This document shows, in pieces, positions 47,773 through 58,052 of a stretch of DNA of 64,000 nucleotides. This stretch comes from Actinomycetes bacterium. GTDB lineage: Bacteria; Actinomycetota; Actinomycetes; S36-B12. Both the position numbers and the translations under genes were made by a program. Position 1 is the first letter of the stretch. Every line of letters starts with the position of its first letter. The notes beneath the pieces are model-generated. The model did not search any database, was not told the DNA's origin, and saw nothing but the letters and a program-made list of their open reading frames with translations. Where the stretch lies: assembly GCA_024639145.1 (NCBI GenBank), contig JAHEIZ010000006.1, positions 13,240-77,239 on the forward strand. The letters are read 5' to 3'.

Positions 47773-48519
47773 CTAGCTCACCAGTTGCCAGGCGAGAGCG
47801 AGTGAGACGCCGAGTAGCACGCACTGGAGTATTCGTGTGGCCGCTGTCGGGCTGATCCGACGCAGCAGCAACGTGCCCATCGGTGCGCCGATAATGCCGC
47901 CGACGCCGAGAAGGATGCCGGTTGTCCAGACAATGTTGTTGTCGAAAATGGTGTGGCCCACCACGGCTGCTGCGCTTGAGAGCATGATCACGGCGAGTGA
48001 TGCGCGTGCTGCGATCTTGATCGGGGTCGAGAGCCACAGAATCTGCAGCGGCACCACGATGAGTCCGCCACCGATACCGAAGAGCCCTGCGAGCAGTCCG
48101 CCGGAGCCGCCGGTCGCCGCGTACTCCAGCGCCGTGGGCACCTTGCCTTGATCGTGATGCTCGTGCTCGGCGGGCTTTCGTGCTGTCAACACGATGTTGA
48201 TGAGGTTCATGAGAATGAACCCTGCGATCAGCAGTTTCCCTGGCAGCTGGAGAGCGATCCAGACGCCCAAAGGTGCGATGACGATTGCGGGAATTCCAAG
48301 CCAGAACACCCGGCGCCAGGGGACGAGCCCGCGGCGAGCATTCGTGAGCGTTCCTGAGGCGCTCGTGATCAAGATGCCGAGGTTGCTGGTCTCCAGAGCC
48401 TGCACAACCGGAAGGCCGGCGAAGATCAGCACAGGCACAAAGAACATTCCACCACCGCCGCCGGTCAAGCCGGCAAGTACGCCGGCCGCGATTGCGGTGA
48501 GGAACTCCAGGATCAGCAT
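47773..48519 (-). CDS. TauE/SafE-family (sulfite exporter-like) membrane permease
   Basis: Multi-TM protein with repeated GGGGG / GIGGG motifs. The start was trimmed to the ATG at 48519 (MLILEFLTAIAAG...). Confidence 0.8.
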   Translation of the reverse strand: MLILEFLTAIAAGVLAGLTGGGGGMFFVPVLIFAGLPVVQALETSNLGILITSASGTLTNARRGLVPWRRVFWLGIPAIVIAPLGVWIALQLPGKLLIAGFILMNLINIVLTARKPAEHEHHDQGKVPTALEYAATGGSGGLLAGLFGIGGGLIVVPLQILWLSTPIKIAARASLAVIMLSSAAAVVGHTIFDNNIVWTTGILLGVGGIIGAPMGTLLLRRISPTAATRILQCVLLGVSLALAWQLVS

Positions 48520-48641
48520 GAGGCGCGCCGCTGCCCTGAGTCCATGCGGTAACGCTAATGCCCGCGACCTTCCCAACTACGCTCGTACCACGCATGGTGT
48601 CTGTGTTCACAGCCATATGCGCACAGCCAGGGGAGTCCCGC

Positions 48642-49367
48642 ATGAATCGCCGTCTCGTCGTTGCCCTCGTATCGTGCGTGGCCGTCGGAGGCTCGCTCGC
48701 ACCTGCCGCCTCCGCGGCGACCGATGATGCATGGGTGCATCAGATCGGCACGTATGACTACCTCACCTCTCCCGACTACGACGGACTTGCCTCGATTCAC
48801 TCGGCATCGAAGGGCACGACTCAGGGTCTGGGCACCTTCGACCGTCTCGACGGCGAGATGGTCATGGTGGGCGGTCAGATGTTCCGCGTCGGAACCGACG
48901 GCACGCCAGTGCGCATTGACGGCAGCCAGTCGACGCCCTTCTTCGAGGCAGTGCGCTTTGCCCCCACGGACGCCGGTCCGGTTGCCCCCGGAACCACGTG
49001 CGCGAACCTGCTCAGTGCGGTGAACGCGTTAGTGGGATCCGATCAAGGGATCGCGGCAGTACGGGTGCGTGGCACCTTCTCCGACATCACCTTCCGCAGC
49101 GTCCCTGCGCAGACGGCTCCGTATCTCCCGCTCGCCCAGGTGGTGACCACGCAAACCCTCTTTCCCCTCGGTCGTCAGCGTGCTGTCCTGGTCGGCTTTC
49201 GCACGGGCCCGGATCTCGCCGGAACCGGTGCACCTGGCCTGCACCTTCACGGGCTCACCGTCGATCGCAAGGCAGGTGGTCACGTGATCTCGTGCGTTGC
49301 GGGAAGCGATGTTCAGGTCTCAGTGCAAAGAACCTCAGGGATCGTCGTCCAGGGTGCCGCTCAGTAG
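48642..49367 (+). CDS. alpha-acetolactate decarboxylase-family protein with an N-terminal signal peptide
   Basis: GLGTFDRLDGEMV and GLHLHG...DRKAGGHV (HxH...H metal triad) match ALDC. The start was trimmed to MNRRLVVALVSCVAVGG...ASA|AT, behind GGGGAG. Confidence 0.75.
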   Translation: MNRRLVVALVSCVAVGGSLAPAASAATDDAWVHQIGTYDYLTSPDYDGLASIHSASKGTTQGLGTFDRLDGEMVMVGGQMFRVGTDGTPVRIDGSQSTPFFEAVRFAPTDAGPVAPGTTCANLLSAVNALVGSDQGIAAVRVRGTFSDITFRSVPAQTAPYLPLAQVVTTQTLFPLGRQRAVLVGFRTGPDLAGTGAPGLHLHGLTVDRKAGGHVISCVAGSDVQVSVQRTSGIVVQGAAQ

Positions 49368-49370
49368 TCG

Positions 49371-49446
49371 TGGTGCGCCCGGAGGGACTCGAACCCCCAA
49401 CCGACTGGGTAGAAACCAGTAGCTCTATCCATTGAGCTACGGGCGC
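49371..49446 (-). tRNA. tRNA-Arg (anticodon UCU)
   Basis: Hand-folded cloverleaf: acceptor GCGCCCG/CGGGCGC, anticodon stem ACTGG/CCAGT with loop TTTCTAC, and a TTCGAGT T-loop. CCA is encoded. It begins 4 nt after the ALDC-like stop. Confidence 0.9.
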
Positions 49447-49531
49447 GTGCCGTCGAGGCTTCCCCCGGCAGGCGGAGCCCATTCTTCCTCCTCCGAGCTT
49501 CTCGGGAGTAGGCAGGTGCAAGACTGGTGCC

Positions 49532-50185
49532 ATGCCTGCCAGCCATGCGCCCTCCGTCCTCATCACCGGCATCCACACTGCCGTCGGTGAGGCAGTCGGC
49601 TACGAGTTCATCCGCAATGGCTGGTTCGTGATGGGCGCCGATGAGCTCGCCCACACCTCGCACTTCTCGCGTGCTCAGATTCGTGCCGAGATCGGCAGCC
49701 TCGAGTCCTACCGCACGATGATCGAGCTCGCCGCGATCCGCGGCAATGGACTGGACTGTGTCGTGAACTGCGATCGCGTTCCGATCACCGATGCCCAGGG
49801 CATCGATTTCATTCGCGCGGCAGCGGAGCCCTTCCTGAGCGAGATGAACGGTGCGATCGTCAACCTTCTCGGTATCGAGGCAATCCGCACCCACGATCTG
49901 GCCGAGATTTCGCAGGTCACGACTGCTGTTGCCGCGATGGAGCCGCGAGTGCGCATCAACACGGTTGCGCCATACCTCACGGTTGAGGCACATGGCTCAC
50001 GTCTTCCGTACGCGGGAACCGACGCGGATGCCTTCCTCGAGCATCTCAATGCCGAGGAGCGTGCGACCCGTGAGCCGCTGAGTATTTACGAGATCGCCGA
50101 GGCGGTGTACTACTTCGTCGCGAATCCCGAGCGCCTCAGCGGCGTCACGTTCAGCGCCGATGACTCGCTACCGGTCTGGGCGTAG
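49532..50185 (+). CDS. SDR-like Rossmann-fold protein that appears to lack the catalytic Tyr/Lys
   Basis: 217 aa with a VLITGIHTAVGEAVG glycine-rich motif and an ...INTVAPY... region. I found no YxxxK at the expected position. Confidence 0.5.
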   Translation: MPASHAPSVLITGIHTAVGEAVGYEFIRNGWFVMGADELAHTSHFSRAQIRAEIGSLESYRTMIELAAIRGNGLDCVVNCDRVPITDAQGIDFIRAAAEPFLSEMNGAIVNLLGIEAIRTHDLAEISQVTTAVAAMEPRVRINTVAPYLTVEAHGSRLPYAGTDADAFLEHLNAEERATREPLSIYEIAEAVYYFVANPERLSGVTFSADDSLPVWA

Positions 50186-50186
50186 T

Positions 50187-51485
50187 TCAGGCAGATGCAG
50201 CGGCGCGGGCTGCGGCCGGCGCGGCCGCGCGGATGACGTCGAGCTCTCGCTCGCCATGGGCAGCCGAGACGAACCATGCCTCATAGGCCGAGGGCGGCAA
50301 CCAGACACCGTTCTCGAGCATCGAGTGGAAGAACGCACCGAAGGCCTTGGTGTTCTGGGTCTTAGCCTCGTCGTACGTGCGTACCTGGTCGGGGGTGTAG
50401 AACCAGCTGAAGAGATTGCCCGCACGCTGGGGCGAGTTCGGGACACCCGCGGCATTGAGTGCATCGGTGATGATCGCCTGCACCTGGGTCGCCATGTCAT
50501 CGAGGCGAACGTAGACATCGTCGGTGCAGTGCTGGAGCGTGACCAGACCGGCAGTGGTAGCCGTGGGGTTTCCACTCAACGTGCCTGCTTGGTAGACCGG
50601 GCCGGCGGGAGCCAGGAGGTCCATGATCTCGGCGCTGCCGGCCACAGCGGCGAGCGGCATGCCTCCGCCGATGACCTTGCCGAACGTGAACAGATCGGGC
50701 GCCCAGCCCTCGGCCTTGCCCTCGATGCCCCACCAGCCGTCGCGTGAGACCCGGAAGCCGGTCATGACCTCATCGAGGATCATCACTGCACCGTGCTTGG
50801 TGGTGAGATCGCGAATCGCCTTGTTGAACCCGGCGGGCGGGGGTACGACACCCATGTTGGCGGGAATCGCCTCGGTGATCACTGCGGCGATTCGATCGCC
50901 ATGCTCAGCGAAGAGTGCCTCGAGCGCCGCGATGTTCCCGTAATCGAGGGTGAGGGTGTCCTTCGCGGTTCCCTCGGTGACACCGGGGGAGTCGGGGAGG
51001 CCGAGAGTCGCGACGCCTGAGCCTGCGGCGACGAGCATCGAGTCAGCGTGGCCGTGGTAGCAGCCGGCGAACTTCACGATGACATCGCGACCGCTCTTCG
51101 CACGTGCGAGACGCAATGCAGTCATCACTGCTTCAGTGCCTGAGTTGGTGAATCGGACTCGGTCGACAGCGCCGACCCGGCGGACGATCTCCTCGGCAAG
51201 CTCGACCTCTGGCGGGCACGGGGCGCCGAACGAGAAGGAATCGGCGATGGTTCGCTGAGTGGCCTCCACGACAGCGGGGTGGGCGTGGCCGAGGATGGCC
51301 GGGCCCCAGGCGCCGACGAGATCGACATACTGCTTGCCCTCGACATCGGTGATCGTGGCGCCCTGGGCTCGTGCGACGTACGGCGGGGTGCCGCCGACTG
51401 AACGGAACGCACGCACCGGTGAACTGACGCCACCGGGGATTACCTGCTGGGCACGTGCGAACCAGGCTGCCGAGCTTTCAGTCAC
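50187..51485 (-). CDS. hemL: glutamate-1-semialdehyde 2,1-aminomutase
   Basis: 432 aa with [12 protein letters not shown] near the N-terminus and an [11 protein letters not shown]-lysine region. Confidence 0.93.
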   Translation of the reverse strand: MTESSAAWFARAQQVIPGGVSSPVRAFRSVGGTPPYVARAQGATITDVEGKQYVDLVGAWGPAILGHAHPAVVEATQRTIADSFSFGAPCPPEVELAEEIVRRVGAVDRVRFTNSGTEAVMTALRLARAKSGRDVIVKFAGCYHGHADSMLVAAGSGVATLGLPDSPGVTEGTAKDTLTLDYGNIAALEALFAEHGDRIAAVITEAIPANMGVVPPPAGFNKAIRDLTTKHGAVMILDEVMTGFRVSRDGWWGIEGKAEGWAPDLFTFGKVIGGGMPLAAVAGSAEIMDLLAPAGPVYQAGTLSGNPTATTAGLVTLQHCTDDVYVRLDDMATQVQAIITDALNAAGVPNSPQRAGNLFSWFYTPDQVRTYDEAKTQNTKAFGAFFHSMLENGVWLPPSAYEAWFVSAAHGERELDVIRAAAPAAARAAASA

Positions 51486-51502
51486 GGGGCTTCCCTCTGT
51501 CG

Positions 51503-52495
51503 TTACTTGATGAGTCGGGCAACTTCTGTTGCCCAGTAAGTGCAGATCACGCTGGCGCCGGCGCGCTTGACGCTCATGTGCGCCTCAAGAATGGCGCGCT
51601 CGCGATCGATCATGCCTGCGGCGGCCGCAGCCTCGATCATCGAGTACTCGCCGGAGACGATGTAGGCCGCAACAGGAACGTCGACGGAATCCGCAGTTCT
51701 CGCGAGGATGTCGAGGTAGGGCAACGCGGGCTTGACCATCACCATGTCAGCGCCTTCGGCGATATCGAGTCGCACTTCGCGTAGTGACTCGAGGGCGTTG
51801 GCGGGATCTTGCTGATACGTCTTGCGATCACCCTGCAGTGCTGACTCGACAGCGTCGCGGAACGGGCCATAGAAGGCCGATGCGTACTTGGCGGCGTACG
51901 CGAGAATCGCTGTATCCAGATGGCCTGCGTCATCGAGCGCTTCGCGCACGGCTCCCACCTGGCCGTCCATCATTCCGCTCAGGCCGAGGATGTCGCTGCC
52001 TGCCTCCGCGAGGGTGATGCCCATCTGCTGGTAGACGGCGAGTGTCGCATCGTTGTCGACATTGCCATCGGCGTCGAGAACACCGCAATGGCCATGGGAG
52101 GTGAACTCGTCGAGGCAGAGGTCAGCAATCACCGGCAGTGAGTTGCCGGTGGCCTGCTTAGTCCAGCGCACGGCCTCGGCCAGAATGCTGTCGCTTGCGA
52201 TGGCGACATCGCCGCAGGCATCACGCTCCTTCGGAACGCCGAAGATCATGATGCCGCCGACACCTGCCTCGGCGGCCTCGGTTGCCGCGCGCATGAGCGA
52301 ATCGCGCGAGTGCTGCACGACACCGGGCATCGAGCCAATAGCGATCGGCTCAGTGGCCCCCTCGCGCACGAAGACCGGCAGTACGAGATCGGCGGCCGAG
52401 AGTCGGTTCTCCTGCACGAGCCGACGAATGGCAGCGGTGCGGCGAAGGCGGCGGGGGCGCTCGACAAGATCGAAGCGATCGACGGAGGTGCTCAT
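51503..52495 (-). CDS. hemB: porphobilinogen synthase (ALA dehydratase)
   Basis: 330 aa with RPRRLR near the N-terminus and active-site regions ...[10 protein letters not shown]... and ...YIVSGEYSM... Confidence 0.93.
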   Translation of the reverse strand: MSTSVDRFDLVERPRRLRRTAAIRRLVQENRLSAADLVLPVFVREGATEPIAIGSMPGVVQHSRDSLMRAATEAAEAGVGGIMIFGVPKERDACGDVAIASDSILAEAVRWTKQATGNSLPVIADLCLDEFTSHGHCGVLDADGNVDNDATLAVYQQMGITLAEAGSDILGLSGMMDGQVGAVREALDDAGHLDTAILAYAAKYASAFYGPFRDAVESALQGDRKTYQQDPANALESLREVRLDIAEGADMVMVKPALPYLDILARTADSVDVPVAAYIVSGEYSMIEAAAAAGMIDRERAILEAHMSVKRAGASVICTYWATEVARLIK

Positions 52496-52505
52496 GCGCG
52501 TCAGT

Positions 52506-53579
52506 CTAGGTGCCGGAGATCACTGGGCGCTGGGCTCTGGCGTTGGGGCAGCAGGCCTGCGAGCAGAACGGCTTCCAGTATTCGGGCACCTCGCCACGAA
52601 GCGATTCCTCGATGCGATCGACCAGGGATGAGACGAACCGAGCGTCGGTTCCCGGGGTGGACACTCGCTCGAATGCGAGGCCGAGCTCTGTTGCTGTCTC
52701 GAGGGCCTCATGATCGAGATCCCAGATCACCTCGACATGATCGCTGACGAAACCGATCGGCACGACGATGACCGCCGTGATACCCGTGGCAGCGGCGCCG
52801 CGGATAGCGTCGTTGATATCGGGTTCGAGCCACGGCATGGTGGGAGGGCCGCTTCGCGATTGGTAGACCAGTGCCCACTCGGGCACCGCACCGCCGCGAT
52901 TGGAGTGCACATTCGAGATCACGCGCTCAATGGCCTGCTCGTGCTGCTGCGCGTAGATGCCGAGGGACTCCTCGTCCTCTCCACGCAGCTCAACCGGGCC
53001 TGAGGTTTGGCTCATGGACATCGGCACTGAGTGAGTCGTGAAGAAGATCGCTGTCGTGGTCGGATCGATGCCCTGCTCGGCGAGTCGATCGAGTGCCGCG
53101 GCCAGGCCCTCGGCGACAGGATCGGTGAACCCGGAGAGGTCGAAGTACGGGCGGATCTTGCGCACGTGGAGATCGTTGAGTTCGGTGGCCTCGAGTGCCA
53201 TGCCGATGTCCTCGCGATACTGACGGCAGCCTGAGTAGGACGAGTACGCGCTGGTGGCCAGGGCGAGGACCTCCCGGTGACCGTCGGCGTGCAACTGCCG
53301 CAGCGTTCCCTCGAAGAACGGCTCGGAATTGCGATTACCCCAATACACGGGCAGATCGATGCTCCGTCGTGCCAGTTCGGCCTCGAGCGCGGCGATCAGC
53401 TCACGGTTCTGGGCGTTGATGGGGCTCACCCCACCGAGGGCCAGGTAATGATGCGAGACCGCCTCGAGGCGCTCACGCGGAACCCCGCGCCCGGCGGTTA
53501 CGCGTTCGAGGAAGGGCATGACTTCGTCGGGCCCCTCCGGGCCGCCGAATGAGGAGAGCAGGAGGGCCGTGTAGGTCAT
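52506..53579 (-). CDS. cpfC: coproporphyrin ferrochelatase
   Basis: The start was trimmed to the ATG at 53579 ([16 protein letters not shown]), which forms an ATGA overlap with the chdC stop. One internal Cys plus a C-terminal CSQACC cluster is consistent with the [2Fe-2S] actinobacterial type. Confidence 0.9.
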   Translation of the reverse strand: MTYTALLLSSFGGPEGPDEVMPFLERVTAGRGVPRERLEAVSHHYLALGGVSPINAQNRELIAALEAELARRSIDLPVYWGNRNSEPFFEGTLRQLHADGHREVLALATSAYSSYSGCRQYREDIGMALEATELNDLHVRKIRPYFDLSGFTDPVAEGLAAALDRLAEQGIDPTTTAIFFTTHSVPMSMSQTSGPVELRGEDEESLGIYAQQHEQAIERVISNVHSNRGGAVPEWALVYQSRSGPPTMPWLEPDINDAIRGAAATGITAVIVVPIGFVSDHVEVIWDLDHEALETATELGLAFERVSTPGTDARFVSSLVDRIEESLRGEVPEYWKPFCSQACCPNARAQRPVISGT

Positions 53580-54274
53580 CGCAGGACGTCGACCGCGGTT
53601 GCGGCATCGATGCGACGGCCCGTATAGAACGGGATCTCCTCGCGCACGTGGCGACGCGCCTGCGAGCTTCGCAAGGTACGCATCATGTCGACGATCTCGT
53701 GCAATTCGGGTGACTCGAGGGCGAGAACCCATTCGTAGTCACCGAGAGCGAAGGCGGCGACCGTATTCGACTTGATCATGCCGAAGTCGCGTCCCATCAT
53801 CCCGTGCTCGACGAGCATGGCGCGGCGCTCCTCCTCGGGGATGAGGTACCAGTCGTAGGAGCGCACGAAGGGGTACATGCAGACCCACTCGCAGGGCTCG
53901 ACGCCGGACATGAAGGCGGGCACGTGCCCCTTGTTGAACTCTGCCGGGCGATGAATGCCCATCGTCGAGAACTCGAGTTCCATGCTGTCGGCAAGGCTGG
54001 TGCGGCGAATCTGACGCACGGCTGCCTGCACCTGCTCGGCCGTCGGGGCGTGCAGCCAGATCATGATGTCGGCGTTCGCGCGCATCGCCGACACGTCGTA
54101 GAAGCCGCGGACGATCACATCGTCCTTCTCGAGCTTGGCTACGAGAACTTCGAGTTCGGCCGCCGCATCTACCGGCGGAGTAATGCCGGTACGGGCGAAC
54201 ACGGCCCAGCACGTGTAGCGAATGGTCTCGTTGATCTCACGAGCGGACACCTTGGAGCGTTCTTCTGTCGACAC
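53576..54274 (-). CDS. chdC: coproheme decarboxylase (HemQ/ChdC, chlorite-dismutase family)
   Basis: 232 aa with ...YTCWAVF..., ...MYPFVRSYDWYL... and ...FALGDYEW..., typical of HemQ. Confidence 0.9.
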   Translation of the reverse strand: MSTEERSKVSAREINETIRYTCWAVFARTGITPPVDAAAELEVLVAKLEKDDVIVRGFYDVSAMRANADIMIWLHAPTAEQVQAAVRQIRRTSLADSMELEFSTMGIHRPAEFNKGHVPAFMSGVEPCEWVCMYPFVRSYDWYLIPEEERRAMLVEHGMMGRDFGMIKSNTVAAFALGDYEWVLALESPELHEIVDMMRTLRSSQARRHVREEIPFYTGRRIDAATAVDVLR

Positions 54275-54315
54275 CCCCCCAGTCTTTCACCTGGTGGACG
54301 GCAACGCTCAGTGAC

Positions 54316-55677
54316 CTAGGAGTCCGTGGCCCCGAGTTGGTCGGCGAGGGTGCGTGAGTAGGCGATGGAGCCGGCGATGCCGTTGCCACCGATGCCCGCG
54401 CCGATGATGGCAAGACCGTCCTGTGCGGCCACGGCTTCCTGGAGGGCCCGCACGTTCTGGCGATGGCCGACTCGCTGATGCACGAGGGAATCGGCCCATC
54501 GGGTGACCTTCGAGTCGGTCACCTTCGGCAGCTTCACGCCGAGAATGCGCTCCGCATCGCGCCGCGCCTGGTCGGGAAGCTCGTCGAGAGACTCCTCGAT
54601 GATGCCATTGCGGCCGTAGGAGAGGCGGATCAGGTGTGTGCCCGGGCCGAAGGTCTCCTTGATCCAGTCCCACTTCGCGGAGGCATGGGTCAAGGCCTTG
54701 GCGCGCACCGCGGTCTGGTCGGGATCGACGAGCACCCCCGAGCCGACAGGTGCCTTGTCGAGCTTGGCGCTCTGCACGACGAGGGAGACGACGGCCACGT
54801 CGCCCACGCTGAACTTCTCGAGGGCGGCATTGATGCGATCCTGGCCGCGCAGGACTCGTCGCGCCGCAGGAGCTGAGAGTGCGAGCACGACGTTGTCAGT
54901 GCGAAGGGAGACGTCAGCAGTCTCGACAATCCAACCGGTTTTCGACTTGCGCACGGCCGTGACAGTGCGATTGGACTTCACGTTGACGCCCTCGAGATCG
55001 GCAACCAGGGCGTTGATCAGTGTCGTCATGCCGCCGCGAAGACCATTGATGGCAGAGCCCGGAGCGCCGGACGCGGAGCGAAATGAGTCGGCGGCGCCGG
55101 CCAGTGAACCGGTCTCACGGCAGCGAGCGATGAGGCCGGGGATGACCGCCTCGGCTTCGACCAGGTCGGGATCGACGGCGTGGACTCCAGCGACGACTGG
55201 CGTGAGGATGCGTCGCACCACTGCTTCGCCCATGCGCAGTCGAACTAGTTCCCCCAGGGTGATCTCGGGATCGAGATCAGAGGGGAAATCCTTGGCATCG
55301 AGCTTCTGCGCCGTGGCGATCTCCTTCTCGCTGAGGATCTTCGCGAGAGCGGGATCGGCGAGATCGCAGGGAATGCCCATGAGGCTGCGGGGCAGCTCGG
55401 CTATGCCTGCCTCGGTCCACAGGTGCGCATCGGAGCGCGCGGGGGCAATGACCTCATTGGTGAGCCCGAGTTCGGCGATGAGCTCGAGAGCCTCGGGGCG
55501 CGTGATCGCGAATGCCTCGGCCCCGATGTCGGTGGTGACGCCGCCGAGTTCAGCGCCGGCGATCGCGCCGCCGAAGGTGCGAGCGGACTCGAAGAGGGTG
55601 ACCTGCATTCCGCGGCGAGCGAGCTCGCGGGCGGCGAGGAGACCCGAGAGTCCGCCTCCGATGACGATGGCATTCAC
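54316..55677 (-). CDS. cgoX: coproporphyrinogen/protoporphyrinogen oxidase (HemY/CgoX)
   Basis: 453 aa FAD amine-oxidase fold with an N-terminal VIGGGLSGL motif. It overlaps the hemE stop by 4 nt. Confidence 0.85.
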   Translation of the reverse strand: MNAIVIGGGLSGLLAARELARRGMQVTLFESARTFGGAIAGAELGGVTTDIGAEAFAITRPEALELIAELGLTNEVIAPARSDAHLWTEAGIAELPRSLMGIPCDLADPALAKILSEKEIATAQKLDAKDFPSDLDPEITLGELVRLRMGEAVVRRILTPVVAGVHAVDPDLVEAEAVIPGLIARCRETGSLAGAADSFRSASGAPGSAINGLRGGMTTLINALVADLEGVNVKSNRTVTAVRKSKTGWIVETADVSLRTDNVVLALSAPAARRVLRGQDRINAALEKFSVGDVAVVSLVVQSAKLDKAPVGSGVLVDPDQTAVRAKALTHASAKWDWIKETFGPGTHLIRLSYGRNGIIEESLDELPDQARRDAERILGVKLPKVTDSKVTRWADSLVHQRVGHRQNVRALQEAVAAQDGLAIIGAGIGGNGIAGSIAYSRTLADQLGATDS

Positions 55678-56744
55678 GATGTGCTGTGCACCAATTCCAC
55701 TATGCGGGTGAGGACATCCGGATCGGTCTCGGGCGGGACTCCGTGTCCGAGATTGACGACGTGACCGGGAGCGGACTTCCCGCGCTCGATAACGTCGAGG
55801 ACGTGCGCCGACAGGATCGACCAGGGTGCGTCGAGCAGATCGGGATCGATATTGCCTTGGAGTGGCGTGGTGCCACCGAGGAGAGCGTTAGCGAGATCGA
55901 GCGGGGTGTACTGATCGACGCCCATCACCGTGGCACCGGCATCGCGCATGGCAACCAGGAGATTCTGCGTGCGCGTGCCGAAGTGAACACGAGGAACGGG
56001 CAGATCGCTGACTCGATCGAGAACCGCAGCCGAGTGGGGGCGCGCATAGGCGATGTACTCGTCGGGGGTGAGTGCTCCGGCCCAGGAGTCAAAGAGCTGA
56101 ACGGCGCTGGCGCCAGCGAGCACCTGCCCACGCAGGAAGGTGCCGGTGGTTCGGGCCACCCACGAGAGGAGGTCATTCCAGAGCTCGGGATCCTCGCGCA
56201 TCATCGCCTTCGTGTGCGTGTACTCGCGTGAGGGTCTGCCCTCGATCAGGTACGAGGCAAGCGTGAAGGGCGCACCGCAGAAGCCGATGAGGGGAGTGGA
56301 GCCGAGTTCATCCGTGACGATGCCGATGGCCTCGGCGATCGGTGCGAGCGAGGACTCGTCGAGTTCAGGAAGTGCGGCGAGATCGGAGCGGCTGCGGACG
56401 GGAGTGCCCATGACCGGGCCGACTCCTGCGGCGATCTCCACATCGACGCCGGCGAGCTTGAGCGGGACGACGATGTCGCTGAAGAAGATGGCGGCATCAA
56501 CCTTGTGGCGACGGACCGGTTGCAAGGTGATCTCGGCAGCCATCTCCGGTCGCAGGCAGGAATCCAACATGGCCACGCCCTCGCGCAGGGCGCGGTACTC
56601 GGGCAGGGAGCGACCCGCCTGGCGCATCATCCAGATCGGGCGAGTGGGCGGCCGTTCGCCACGGTAGGCCCGGATCAGCGGGGACTCAGCGGTTCCGCGC
56701 TCGTTCAGCGGGTGCTGAGCGGGTAGCGAAGTGGCCTGGGTCAT
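55674..56744 (-). CDS. hemE: uroporphyrinogen decarboxylase
   Basis: 356 aa with PIWMMRQAGR near the N-terminus and ...FDSWAG... downstream. Confidence 0.92.
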   Translation of the reverse strand: MTQATSLPAQHPLNERGTAESPLIRAYRGERPPTRPIWMMRQAGRSLPEYRALREGVAMLDSCLRPEMAAEITLQPVRRHKVDAAIFFSDIVVPLKLAGVDVEIAAGVGPVMGTPVRSRSDLAALPELDESSLAPIAEAIGIVTDELGSTPLIGFCGAPFTLASYLIEGRPSREYTHTKAMMREDPELWNDLLSWVARTTGTFLRGQVLAGASAVQLFDSWAGALTPDEYIAYARPHSAAVLDRVSDLPVPRVHFGTRTQNLLVAMRDAGATVMGVDQYTPLDLANALLGGTTPLQGNIDPDLLDAPWSILSAHVLDVIERGKSAPGHVVNLGHGVPPETDPDVLTRIVELVHSTS

Positions 56745-56798
56745 ATGCCCAACCTACCGAACATTCACAGGTGCCCTCGCGGGCGTACGATTCCCCTC

Positions 56799-58046
56799 AT
56801 GGTCCTGGTGCTCGTCGGTGCAAGCCATCACGATGCATCCCTGGAGGAGATCGAGCGCCTCAGCCACGCCGGCAACTCCCTGGCTTCGAGCCTGACCTCC
56901 CATGAGGGGGTTCATGGCGCATTGGTCCTGTCGACCTGCAATCGCTTCGAGGTCTATCTCGACCTCGACCGCTTCCACGAGGCCATTGAGCTGACCACCC
57001 GCGAGATCTCCGATCGGGCCGGTGTCGCTCATGCCGAGGTGGTGGAGTCGATGCGGGTGACCATGGGAACCTCGGTTGCTCAACACCTCTTCTCCGTGGC
57101 CTCCGGGCTCGAGTCCATGGTGGTGGGTGAGGACGAAGTCGCCGGTCAAGTGAAGTCGGCACTCGCCGCCGCCCAAGTGGCCGAGACCACCAGCCCGACT
57201 CTCGAGCGCATGATGCAACGTGCACTGGCCACCTCGAAGGCTGTCACGAACATGACGGGCCTCGGCGCCGCGGGTCGGTCGATTGTCACCGTTGGTCTCG
57301 ACGTCGTCGAGGAGCGTCACGGAACGCTGAGCGGCCGTTCCGCACTCGTGCTCGGCACCGGCTCCTATGCGCGCGTTGTCACGTCCGCACTGGCCAAGCG
57401 CGGAGTCGACGAGATCTTCGTCTACTCCTCTTCAGGCCGGGCAGCAAAGTTCGCGACCTCCCACGGGCTTTCGCCGATCACCGATGAGCAACTGGCCGAC
57501 ATCATTGGCAGCGTCGATCTCGTTGCTGCCTGCAGTGGCGCACCGCACCACATCATCGACAGTGCGCTGATGCAGGCTCGCGGATCCAAGGACTCCGTGC
57601 TTCCTGTCATCGATCTCGCACTCTCGCCCGATGTCGCACCTGACGTTCGCGAGCGTGCCGACGTCGATGTCATCGATCTCGAGGTGATCCGCATCTACGC
57701 CCCCCGTGAGCATTCATCCGCCGTCCTCGAGGCCCAGGAGATCGTGCGCGGCGCGGTCGAGTGCTTTGAGCGTGCCGAGACCGGCCGCGCAGCTGATCCC
57801 GCCGTCGTGGCAATGCGCGCCTACGTGAGCAGCATCATCAACGAGGAGATCGAGCGCACCCGTGGTCGCCTGGGCGACGACACGGCAGAGGAAGTCGCAC
57901 GTTCGCTTCATCGCGTGTCGAATGCGCTCCTGCACACCCCTTCCGTGCGCGCTCAGGAGCTCGCCCGCACCGGCGACATCGATGACTACCGCAAGGCCAT
58001 GCACACTCTTTTCGGCATCGACTTCGACGCCACGGCCGCGAAGTAG
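56799..58046 (+). CDS. hemA: glutamyl-tRNA reductase
   Basis: The start was trimmed to MVLVLVGASHH. It has an LSTCNRFEVY catalytic Cys motif and a GTGSYA NADPH motif. Confidence 0.9.
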   Translation: MVLVLVGASHHDASLEEIERLSHAGNSLASSLTSHEGVHGALVLSTCNRFEVYLDLDRFHEAIELTTREISDRAGVAHAEVVESMRVTMGTSVAQHLFSVASGLESMVVGEDEVAGQVKSALAAAQVAETTSPTLERMMQRALATSKAVTNMTGLGAAGRSIVTVGLDVVEERHGTLSGRSALVLGTGSYARVVTSALAKRGVDEIFVYSSSGRAAKFATSHGLSPITDEQLADIIGSVDLVAACSGAPHHIIDSALMQARGSKDSVLPVIDLALSPDVAPDVRERADVDVIDLEVIRIYAPREHSSAVLEAQEIVRGAVECFERAETGRAADPAVVAMRAYVSSIINEEIERTRGRLGDDTAEEVARSLHRVSNALLHTPSVRAQELARTGDIDDYRKAMHTLFGIDFDATAAK

Positions 58047-58052
58047 TACCCG

